Origin: Selaginella moellendorffii
Lineage: Eukaryota > Plantae > Lycopodiophyta
Reading direction: 5' to 3'
Assembly (NCBI RefSeq): GCF_000143415.4
Contig: NW_003314511.1
Span: 1 to 19,105 of the forward strand
DNA length: 19,105 bases
Part shown: positions 1-9,861 of the stretch, piece by piece
Layout of the letters: each line of letters begins with the position of its first letter
Numbering within the stretch: the first letter of the stretch is position 1
Made by a program: the position numbers and the translations under genes
Notes under the pieces: model-generated
Databases searched by the model: none
Told to the model about the DNA's origin: nothing
Seen by the model: only the letters and a program-made list of their open reading frames with translations

Positions 1-3000
1 GAGTACTTCGTTGGCATCCCCGAGTTGTCCAACCACCTGCGCGATAAGTGTTTTAAATGGTCTTGATCTAACGAGAATGATAAGCACAGTAAGACAGCTT
101 ACGTTGAATGCGTGAAGCATCTCGCGTTCCCGAGCTCCCCTTTGAGGTGGAGAAGGCAGTCCTACTGCCTCCAAGTTTTGGGTCGCTGTTTGAGCACGGA
201 TGTTTGCCATGCTGGCTGGTACGTCGTTGATGTTAAACAGCCTCCAGTTGATCAAAGGATCGTGAACAAATGCCTGCAGATGCCAGCGGTTTTAGCCATG
301 GAACAATGCTGAATGAAAAGCTAATACCTCCATCATGGCCATTACGCTGTCTTTGTTTGATCTCAAGACGTGCATCACGTCCTCGCAAATCGACCGGAAG
401 TTCCCTTCGATGCCACTAACTTCCATGGCCTTTACTAGCATCCTTGTCAATCGAAATGGAACCTGCAAGACAAAGAACTACCGGTTTGAGGAGCGAGCTT
501 CTCTATCGTTGCATCACCACCTTTTCAGGAAACTTCTCCCGCGTCATCGCTGCCTCGAAGCAATCCCCAAAGTCAATGTGCAGAATTTTCCCGCTGTAGC
601 GATTAAGCATTAGATTGCTTGGATGTCGATCGCCTAAACCAAGAAGGTATCCGACCTGAAGAGAAGGGAGTATAAGTTAAGCACATCCATTATCAGTGCG
701 TGACGACGTTACCATGCTCATGACGGCTAAGCTACGAGTGTAGTTCGTTCGCCGTTCTAGCCAAACTTCTGAGGTTTTGCTTTTAAGCCAGAAAACCTGC
801 CACAACCAAGTTAGCATGTCTCAAATCAGACGAAGAAAAATCAAACCTTTGCCAGGTCATCACCGTCGGTCGCCTCCAGAGCATGCTGGAATACCTCGAC
901 TTTGGCTATAAGAGTAAGATGATCGAGATCAGGAGCGAACGACACCATGGCACGATGTTCAGCATTGACAGGAACCTGCAAGTTTTGGTTCGGGCAATGA
1001 CAGGCTGAAATGAAAGTCTACCTTCCGAGCATCCCGATATTCACGAATAAGGTGATGTAGAGTGTCGCAGTTTGGGACCCATCCAATAAGACCGCTGTTT
1101 GGAGAGAGCGGAACCACGTCATATCGCTGAATGGAAAGGTCCTTCTCCGCCGTGTGCCGGGCATTCGTTAGAAGGGTATTTACAAGCCCAAATAACTAAA
1201 ACGCAACCCACATGTTAGTAAATCGATGTCCTGTGAATCTGATGTTACCTGCATCACGCGCTCGTCTTGTCTAAGGTCTTCATGGCCCTTTAATAAGAAT
1301 GTATAATCCTGGCCATCGCTGCCCTTGATGGTGCACTTCCGAGGTCGCTGTTTCGATGGCATAACTATGAGCTGTGGATCAAAACTCTGTATTGTCACAA
1401 CGTTCGCTTCCGGACCTGTTTTAAGAGGAGCGTCTGCTTAATAAAAGCACAATAAAACGCATCACCACGTACCAGGACGATATGTTCCAGGGACAGCAAG
1501 TTCCAAATTGCGAGCATTGAGAAGAGCAGGAGAAACATATTGAAGTTCCAGAGTAGTTACGCTTGGAAGCTGCTTGTTTATACGTTTAAATACGTGATAA
1601 TAGAGATCCCAAGCCTAAAGCCAGCACACCTCTTCATTAAAACACCAGAAAAATGGAGATAGTACCTGTGTGAGTTCCGCTTCATTACCAGTACGACGAT
1701 ATTCCATGCACCATTCATGAGCTTCTTGCAATTCTCGCCCATAAGCCTGCGCACGAATGGTAGTATGTCATCCCGGGTTCGATATTTAAAATTAAAAGCT
1801 TGCCTGTACGAATGCGATCTCTTTGAGGGTTACGGCACCTTCTTCCTCTAGTTTACGATGCAAGGGTTCCAGCACGTTTAGCATGCCCTCCTTATTATGC
1901 TCCCCAAAGTACAGACGGCTGGCTTCTTCAAGTGCTTCGTACCACATTTCATGCCAGAGTATGGCCACTCGTATAAGCTCCTGAGAGACTAATTGTGCCT
2001 GGAGAAAAAAAGCTATAGACGTTATCTTCGCGTTTCTCACACAAACTTACTTGCTCCACAAGAGCTACGTGATGCTGGCGAACTCTGTCAACAACTGTCA
2101 AAGCAGCAGTTTTCCTTGAGGAGCTAATGGATTTACATGCAACTAAAAGCGGGTACATAAGAGCCTGCACGCTGCATTGTTAGAACATAAAACGCTTAAG
2201 CATTTCAGTTAGACAACAACCTGAGGATGAATCTGTCCAATGCGTACAAGGAGTTGTTGGATAAGCTCTCGGACAGCGGGAATGTGCGAGTGTATCCGAG
2301 CAATAATCTGCGGCAGGACCACCAGCCATGTGTCGATTATCACGTGCTTAAAACCGTCTTGCAACGCAGCATAAACTTCATCGGAAGCACCATGGTTAAA
2401 CCAGAGCGTCAAAAGCCGTAGAATATCCTGAAAGTGGTAAATGTTAGCCATCCCAATACACTACATCAGCACCAACCTGTAAACTATCATCCCCGCCCTT
2501 GTTCGTGGACGCATTTGCAATGGATTTGAAGTATCCAGAAACAGCTGACACCACGTGATGAGCAGCCTTTACCGAATCTCCTTTCAAAGAGTAATGTGAC
2601 AAGGCCGCCGTGTTGAACAATGCCCACCTATGCCAAGCCTTCCCCCACGCTCTCGCATAATCGATTGCAGATTTATAGGCAGAAGATATTTCTGACACGG
2701 GAAAAGATTCTATCAAACATCTAGCTTCCACAACCAGTACCTCGTATGGATTCGTCGTTCAACCCTGTCGTCAAAACACCAGCCTGGGCAGGCGGCCGAC
2801 TGGGCAAGCTCGGATGTAAAGACCAGTTCCAAGTTCCTAGTTTCAAATAAATACGTGCAATGAGAGGAACCGGCGACACTCCAGAACTGCCAGAAGCACC
2901 CTGAGGTGTACAGTACATGGATGCTTGGCCATTCGCCAAATCTAATGCAAGATACTGCTTAAAATAAAAAAGAAAAGAAAAACACCGCATAAAAATTTCA

Positions 3001-6000
3001 TTTATGAAGAAACAACAGCGAACCTGAAGCCGTCTATAGGCGGTTTGCCTTTTCGATTCCTCGCCGAAAGACCAAAGGTATTTTAAATATGCCAGCATCA
3101 CTGGAGGATTAACGACGTAGCCAGGCGGAGGATCACTTTGTTCTGGATCGTACTTCACTCAAAAAAAAAAACAAAAAATAACACGTTAGCAAAACTAATA
3201 AAGAGTTGCATGAAACCCATTCACCTGAAGAAGTTTTATCAATGTTGCGTGTGACTGACTTACTCGGCCACTTTTATAGCAAAGAGAAGCGAACTTCAGC
3301 CATGTTTCGGCATCTTCGGTAGGAGGAAGCACAAGCGTTCGAACAGATAACAACCTTTGCCAGACCTACAAAAAAAAACAGGCAACATATACCTCGCTTG
3401 AACGACATAAATATACCTCAACGTTTCTTTTCGCTCCTTGAATACGATCCCGCCACATTCTCCTGATCAATGAAGCACGTGCCTCAGAGGCAGGGTTCCC
3501 CGTTTGCAGTGTGCAATATTCGATAACCTCTTCCAGTTCTGCTAACTGTTGAACGCGCACCATGTTGCTGTATGCACGGTCGTAACTCTCAAGAACCTGG
3601 ACGACGCAAACACTTCAGCCCCCGTAAGGATGATATGAACGCTTACCAATGCCGCAAGCTCTGTCGCTAAGCATTTTCGTGCCCGTTCGGCATATATGCC
3701 CGCTTCATCGTACTGAAAGGAGGATCAGGGTATAGAGCACAATTATTTATGGCATTGTCTACCTTAGAACGCCGAATGCATAAAACAGCCCGGAAAAATG
3801 CCCCTGCAAATCCGGTTCCAGTGCCGTCCTGGCCTCGCGTAGGTACGTTCATTTCATCTCCATTATCCATCTGAGACACGTACTCTTCCATTTCCTCCCA
3901 TTCACCCATATTCCATGCAGCACTCGCAGCCTACAAAATACATTCAAACATAAACAAATTGTAATCATGAGTCAGCTTATTTTGTAGTACCATTGGTGCC
4001 ATCTGAAGCTGTGCAGAAGGTTCACTCCAAGTCTCCCTGCAAAGTGTACTCAACTCTTCCCATCGTGCCAATGCCACCAAGCACCTCATTCGACCTGTAA
4101 CAGCCTTTTAGTATACAGTAGACATGATTGGACAGTATCACCTAAAGTGGGCTCCAACGACGCGTGAGGGCTGGTAGCTTGAGAGGCTTTTGCCGTGTAA
4201 GCATCGAGAGCGGCTTCCCAGCGTTGAAGCTTCTCATACCTACGACCATAATTTTCTGTAAGATGTGTGTTGCAACAGCAAATACTTGCCAAGATTCCTT
4301 TAGTTGAACTCCGAGGTTACGTTGTGCATATGTCAAAATTCCAACAGCCGCCTATGCTTACAAGGATAAGGGTAGTGTCGTACATAAAAAGCTTACCTCA
4401 TGTTGGTGGAGTTGGTTATTGACATGAATCAAAGCTTCAACGGCTCCAACAAGCTGGTGCTTTTGTTCACGAGCAAGGACCATATCAAACTCCATCTCTT
4501 TGTAATGTAAAGCTTTTGCAAACAAATGACACTAAAAAGGTGATGTTAAACAATGAACAGAAAATCGCAATTACCTTTTCAGCTAAGCTGCCAAGCGTTC
4601 TCGTATCCACAGGCAGAGGGTCCTCATCCCGTTCCATAAACTCCGCCTATACAAGAAGGTAAGCAGATAAACGTGATGAACAGCGCGGCATTTACCAGAT
4701 TCAGGAGAGTTCCAAGAATATCTGATGGAATGTTGGGAGACGTCAAAGCGTAATTCAAACTTCGTACTAGCTGTTTTTTGTACGAATCATTAAGTTGGGA
4801 CCAGCAACTTACAAAGGCAACTGCAAACAACTCCCGTGCCACGTGAGGCTGCAAAGGAAAAACACTGGTTTACTGTCAAGAATGAGTTTAAGGACTTGCC
4901 TGGCGTTGTGCTAAAGGAGCACAGGTTCTTAAAGCGGGAGAAGGAGACTCTTTCAGCAGCTCTAAGCTGAAGTGTCGCATCCACTCTGACCAGTCTTCCT
5001 TTGTGCTTCTTTGAGAGGATTCCCATGCAGATCTTAAGTGTACCTCGTTAACCTGCGTGCCCCGTGTACTTAAGGCATTTTCGCCATCCAATTCAGGTCC
5101 ATGAGATGAAGCAGCTATATCCGCTTCGGAAACTGCTGTAGGCCGTACATCCACCAAGATCGGGTCTCGCCGTTTAAGACGAGATTCAATGGAATCAAAC
5201 TGCGGATGCTGCAGGTAACAAGATGTGAGTCCAGAATCCGATTATAATTATTGTTCAACCTGCAAGTGGTGACGTTGAAGTAGCTTGCGCACTGAAGGAA
5301 GAAACATGGTGAATTCTGCTCCAAGGACAGTAGCCAAAACACATATAGCATCCACAGCATCGTTACGCAACTCATCCTTCGTGCTGCGGATGAAAAACGA
5401 AGAATTTCCGTTATGCAACATGCAACAGTTAACAAATAAGAAGGAAAACCTTACCCATCTAGAACGCTCAACAATGGGTGTAGCAAAGAAGACACATGTG
5501 CAGTGACCTGAATTAAAATATTACAATTTGTATTCGAGTCATGAATTTTACCTGCATGCAAGGAAGAAGACGTGAAAAGGTTTTGATAGTAGATCGTCTT
5601 ATATCCATCGGCGCATTTGAAACATCCGGCTTAAAAAGGCGGACTAAGGCAGGTAGTACTAGGTGCATGTGCTCATCCAGAGAAGCTGCAAAGACGTTCA
5701 GGACACAAGTAAAACCAAAAGGAAAAAATGGTTACCGCCAAATACTTCAAAAGTGTGCAAAAGAGACGCAACGTAGGCATAGTCAGCGTTGCGTTCAGCC
5801 TCATTCAAAGCTTGAATACATTTAGGTAGAATCTCTGGCATGTGTATCCGAAACTCATCGTGAAGAGCGACACAGAGTCTTTCCACAAGATGCAAAATCT
5901 AAAAAGACAATTTTGCTGAGTGAGTGAAATGCTTGAGGGCGTCTTACTGGTGAGTGAGGAGCGGAACGAGGGCTTGTCGGAAGGATCATGTCTAGAACAA

Positions 6001-9000
6001 GAGAAAGAATGCTTGAAAGATACTTCCGAATGTGCTGCAACAAAAAAAAGTGTTGCAACAAGGAAAAGAACAGCTCAATCATACCTGACGGACAATTGCA
6101 ACAAGGTCTGCAAGCTGACAAAAGATAAATTCTCGTAGATTATCTTCACAGTTTCTAATGGTCAACAAAAGGTCCGGCATGACCTGCGAATGGCGGATTT
6201 GTACAAGGACATCCACAGAAGGCACTTTCCACTTACCTGCGGTAGATAAGGTACGCAACCAAGACCCATGACCTGCAATCCCTTCCACTTTTTACGACCG
6301 CCATATCAATAATACCGTACCTTGCAGATGTACATAAGAGATTTAACAACACTTTGATGGTATATCGATGATGAGGGATCTCGCAAAGTCCGCATGAGAG
6401 CATTGATTGCAACCTGCAAGCGACACCTTAGTTACAAAAGCCAATGGATGCCGAAACCTTAACTGTCGAGTAATAATCTTCTGTAGCTGCCGATATTCCA
6501 CCAGTAGGCCACGCTTCCATAAGAGACTCGTCATTTGTCTGCCCGTGTACAGTTTCCGACAAAGAAGAGCGATTGCCGTCGCTTGGATGTAGCCGAAGTT
6601 CGTTGCGTTTGTTGACGTGCGGATCTAGCGCACCAATGACTCCAAGGACCTAGCAATTTAGAGATTGAGCTAGTCCGTGATAAACAAATCTTCCAACCTT
6701 TAAAACTTCATTCCTTGTAGACCATTCGAGTTCCCCATTCAGCAATATTCGAAGTAGTAAACCCAGCAAGTGTGGAAACTCCGTATACGGTGTCACGACG
6801 TACCTGGAAAACAACAAGAAACGCATGTAATGGTCGTATACTACATTTGTAAATGCCTACCCAGTGTTCTGGACCAGTTGACCCAGTGTTCTCACAGCAA
6901 CATCCCGCTTACTAGCAGCAGAAGTGTCACGAAGAGCATCCACAATTAACGGCATCAGGTCCTTGATATGCGGTCTTATTGCGCACCCAGCCTGTAAAAG
7001 AGCAAAGTCTGAGTTTCATGCCTCTCATAAAACAAAAGTGGCTTACCACTCGAGCAAGCTCCCCCACGGTTGCCATTACCCCGGATACAACACCAATATT
7101 CCCACTACCTCCACTTCCTTCACTTAGTCTCGCCACCAAAGCCTGCATGTAAGGAATGAAATTTCTTCGTACTTAAAAAGATTTTAACCTTATGGATCGG
7201 AATAACGTAAGGAGTTATTAGAGTTTCGCATGCTCTTATCAGCGATCCCAACAGAATAGCACTTTCCTCCTTGCTTTTGCTATCCGCGCTGTGTGTCCCA
7301 CATATTAGACACTCAAACACCACTCAAATACCAACCTGTGCTCCATGTCTGTCAAGAGCTGTTGCAAGTGACGTCTCAAAGCCGGACATACATATGCAGC
7401 ATTTTTGTCTGACAGCTTCCCCGCCATTACAATGGATAGTTTTCTGACTTCAAACGACTAAAGGCAAGAAGATTAGAAGCCATCCATACCCCCCAACCTA
7501 GCTATTACCTGGTCGTTGAACGCTATAAAAATTGCTTTCAAACAGTCAGCCTGAGCAAGAAAATCGTAGAAGCTCCCGTTCGTTCCAAGCGAAACAAAAA
7601 CATCTTCTCTGACGGAAGCATCCGTATCAGAAACAGCAGCAACTAGAAGTTTTTCCAGAATCTGTGAGCATGACCCGTAAGCATGAATAGTCAAAGAGAA
7701 TATACAAAACGTACCTCTTCGATGAGAATCCGATGCTTTCGAAAAGTTAAAGGACGACCAGAAGTGAGTCTGGAAGCTGATCTGCCAGTTATAGCAGTTT
7801 GATACGAATGCTCAACAAGCCGACAGCAGCATCTAGCAGCGTGACGTCGGACACCAGCATCATCATCTTCGAGGTGCATAACAACTGCTTCTCGCGCGAA
7901 CTCAAGTAAATCATGCCCCTGCATAAATCACTAAGATTATCGTGACATACTGTATGGCAAGTACCTTGAAATTAAAATTGGTCAAAATTTTAAGCGCGAG
8001 CTGCACCAGTGCGGGCCCTTGAATTTCTGAAGAAGGAAGCCCCACCGCCTTCTGTGGCAGTCGAACAAGAAGACTTTTTCTTTGCGAAAAATATGGCGCT
8101 TTGCACAAAACCAAGGAAATGAAATCCAGTAAGCGCTCCTGAATTGGAGGTAAAAGGGACGGCAAGCTGTAGAAAAATCGTCAGCATTCAGTTTCGCTTC
8201 AAATAACAAATGCCACCTTGTCACTATCTGATTCAAGGCCTTCTCCAGCGTTGGAGTAAGGCCGGTATCGAACATAATATCCAGCGTACTGCGAACGTGC
8301 TCTTCCATAAGCGGGCCAAGAGCTTCAGTCAGGTTCCCAACGCAAGCAATAGCTTCCATGGACGGTTTTCCGCGACGTGGTTGTAGCTGGCAAACAAAGA
8401 AGTATAGAATGAGAATATAAAAACCAACTGAACTGAAATAAAGTACTGCATCACGTATAAAATTCATAATCGCCGGCAGATATTCGCCAAGAGCGCATCC
8501 AACTGCACCTGCCATCTCTCCCAGCGCAGCAAACCCAGTAGAACGTTCGCTTGGATTGCGCATAACAGCTACAAGATGATCCATGGACGTCTGTATCAGC
8601 AACGATTAGGCACTACAGCGGAAAGTAATAGTGGCACTTACATTGAAGTAGGAAGTCACAAATCTATCCCGTAGAAAATGCGCAATGCGTGGCAGCAATG
8701 ATGTGATGCTCCTGCGCACTAAACGGTCCCTGTGATCTCGAAACTTGAACGCAATGTCTAACACCTCCTTGTAGCGAGACATCATGAATTCTCCCGTGTT
8801 CCTTCGCAAGATCTTATGAGAACAAAGCCTATCAAGAGCTTGCAGTACCTTAAAAGCTCTCCAACAGCAAGCAGCGACCCGTGGATACTTTCGACAGTAG
8901 CATTTTTCCCTAGGCCATCTTGCGTAGCCTCAAACATTCGATAGTACCTGCAAAACATGAGATTGTCGTAACATTAAAACTGAGGAGTATACACACCATC

Positions 9001-9822
9001 GCACTCTCCATCTTGTTTCCCGTGTTACTATCACCGTCAGACATGCCCGAAGAGCTTCTACAGCATGTTCACGAATAGCTTGCCTAGGATCACGCAAGGC
9101 AATCCAAATAGCGTCGACAAATTCAGGAACATGAACGTTAAACACAGTAGGCGCTTGATCTGCCATCTCCTACAGATAAAAAGGAAGATTGGCATGAGCA
9201 CAAGCTAGGTGAACTACACGCACCTTTAGAATTAGAACTGCCGCAAAGCGTCGAGATTCTCCTCTCAGCCATTTCAATGCGCATGACACCTGCAAGATAA
9301 TGGTTGATTTCTCTGGGACTGTGGAAAATCTTACATACCTGAGACTCAACAATGTCAGCTGTTTGAGGACCCGTGCTCACAATATGTCCAAGAACTTCAC
9401 TAGCAAGCACGAGAACGTCCGGATCTTGCTTCTCTTCGAGCACTCGCTTAACGCAATTCGCAAACTTCATCGTCTTGGTTGCGCTCTCCCCGAGCTCCAC
9501 ATCGATGAGCACGTCGATTGCTCGCAATGCGCCCAGATTGTCACTTACATCGGCGCTCTCGATCAAGCAGTTGATGCGATCGTACAGAATATCTAGGAAT
9601 TTCGTCAGGCCCTCGGCAGAGAGGTCGCGCGCCTCCTCCTGAACGTGCTTGCGCAGGGCTGCAGCGGCAGCTCCATCCTGGGATTTGGAGAACGATAGGA
9701 TCGGATTGAGAAGCTTTCGAATGCGCGCTCACCTTGATCGACGCTGTCTTGAAACGTAGCTCGGATAGAAGGCGCTGCAGCGCATCTGGAGGCCGAGGCG
9801 CCACGCCTTGGGCGCCTGCCAT
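1..9822 (-). CDS. TOR: Serine/threonine-protein kinase TOR (PIKK family), 3'-partial, 52 exons in window
   Basis: The hand-spliced frame starts at ATG 9822 ([19 protein letters not shown]...) and is colinear with plant TOR throughout (e.g. [101 protein letters not shown]). Exons: 9733-9822, 9339-9677, 9224-9289, 8997-9169, 8849-8947, 8642-8801, 8447-8590, 8217-8386, 7965-8166, 7715-7918, 7509-7661, 7336-7457, 7189-7288, 7047-7142, 6861-6991, 6698-6803, 6464-6649, 6321-6413, 6237-6272, 6085-6183, 5948-6034, 5736-5898, 5552-5685, 5455-5507, 5260-5383, 4900-5208, 4696-4848, 4575-4646, 4397-4531, 4290-4351, 4142-4239, 3991-4094, 3763-3930, 3647-3712, 3417-3596, 3225-3365, 3024-3152, 2741-2954, 2477-2691, 2221-2427, 2051-2164, 1804-1998, 1666-1746, 1473-1614, 1249-1415, 1022-1195, 847-975, 713-796, 521-655, 328-462, 103-273, 1-36. 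Total 7146 nt = 2382 codons, all phases consistent. Confidence 0.98.
238..1400 (-). other. TOR: TOR PI3K/PI4K-like kinase catalytic domain
   Basis: SKQRPRK loop, catalytic Lys in [12 protein letters not shown], hinge [10 protein letters not shown], catalytic loop GDRHPSN and DFG motif (HIDFGD) are all intact in the spliced translation. Boundaries approximate. Confidence 0.95.
1579..1971 (-). other. TOR: TOR FRB (FKBP12-rapamycin-binding) domain
   Basis: [24 protein letters not shown]...[13 protein letters not shown]...[16 protein letters not shown] across exons 42-44. Confidence 0.95.
1747..1803 (-). other. GC-AG intron (TOR intron 42, 57 nt)
   Basis: Donor CAG|GCAAGC, acceptor GCAG|GCT; joins AFVQ|AYGREL in the FRB domain. 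A GT donor 6 nt upstream would delete VQ. Confidence 0.82.
2270..4595 (-). other. TOR: TOR FAT domain
   Basis: Runs from [16 protein letters not shown] through [33 protein letters not shown] and [10 protein letters not shown] to [13 protein letters not shown]. Boundaries approximate. Confidence 0.9.
4240..4289 (-). other. GC-AG intron (TOR intron 30, 50 nt)
   Basis: Donor TG|GCAAGT, acceptor GTAG|GTAT; needed to rebuild the conserved LKESW|YEKLQRW. The adjacent GT donor gives a frameshift. Confidence 0.9.
4600..9780 (-). other. TOR: TOR N-terminal HEAT-repeat region
   Basis: Typical TOR HEAT segments ([62 protein letters not shown]). Boundaries approximate. Confidence 0.88.
4849..4899 (-). 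other. GC-AG intron (TOR intron 26, 51 nt)
   Basis: Donor CAG|GCAAGT, acceptor TTGCAG|CCT; joins LAQRQ|PHVARELF in frame. Confidence 0.9.
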
Positions 9823-9826
9823 GGCC

Positions 9827-9835
9827 AAACCCTAG
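9827..9835 (+). promoter_or_regulatory. Telo-box AAACCCTAG immediately upstream of the TOR ATG
   Basis: Exact AAACCCTA(G) motif 4 nt from the start codon. Telo-boxes are established plant cis-elements enriched near the 5' ends of translation and growth genes. Confidence 0.65.
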
Positions 9836-9853
9836 AGTTCCACTTATCGCTTA

Positions 9854-9861
9854 AAACCCTA
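9854..9861 (+). promoter_or_regulatory. Second telo-box AAACCCTA in the TOR leader
   Basis: Exact AAACCCTA, same orientation, 27 nt from the first copy. Confidence 0.6.

Noticed and set aside
3258-3263. Perfect GTAAGT inside exon 36
   Set aside because: It is explained by the conserved coding sequence (GRVSQ), and its use would delete conserved FAT residues. There is no evidence of use.
3387-3419. Duplicated donor motif GAG|GTATAT 24 nt apart in intron 35
   Set aside because: The internal copy would leave a 27-nt intron, well below the 43-nt minimum seen here.
6859-6892. 12-nt direct repeat ACCCAGTGTTCT
   Set aside because: It falls in conserved coding sequence ([11 protein letters not shown]) read in different frames; most likely coincidence.
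112-9642. Plus-strand ORFs antisense to TOR (112-312, 335-613, 2227-2421, 5285-5506, 5541-5825, 5920-6138, 6407-6592, 6924-7127, 9300-9596, 9373-9642)
   Set aside because: Short shadow ORFs of TOR coding sequence with no recognisable motifs.
37-9732. U12-type (AT-AC or GTATCCTT) introns in TOR
   Set aside because: None of the 51 donors matches the U12 consensus; all are GT-AG or GC-AG U2-type.
1180-9828. The many minus-strand ORF-track entries as separate genes or a fragmented pseudogene
   Set aside because: They are exons plus intron read-through (or off-frame shadows) of one intact TOR gene; splicing restores a continuous frame.
9823-9828. ORF-track start at 9828 (MAMAG...)
   Set aside because: The codon is TTG. 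The ATG in good context (GCC ATG G) is at 9822.
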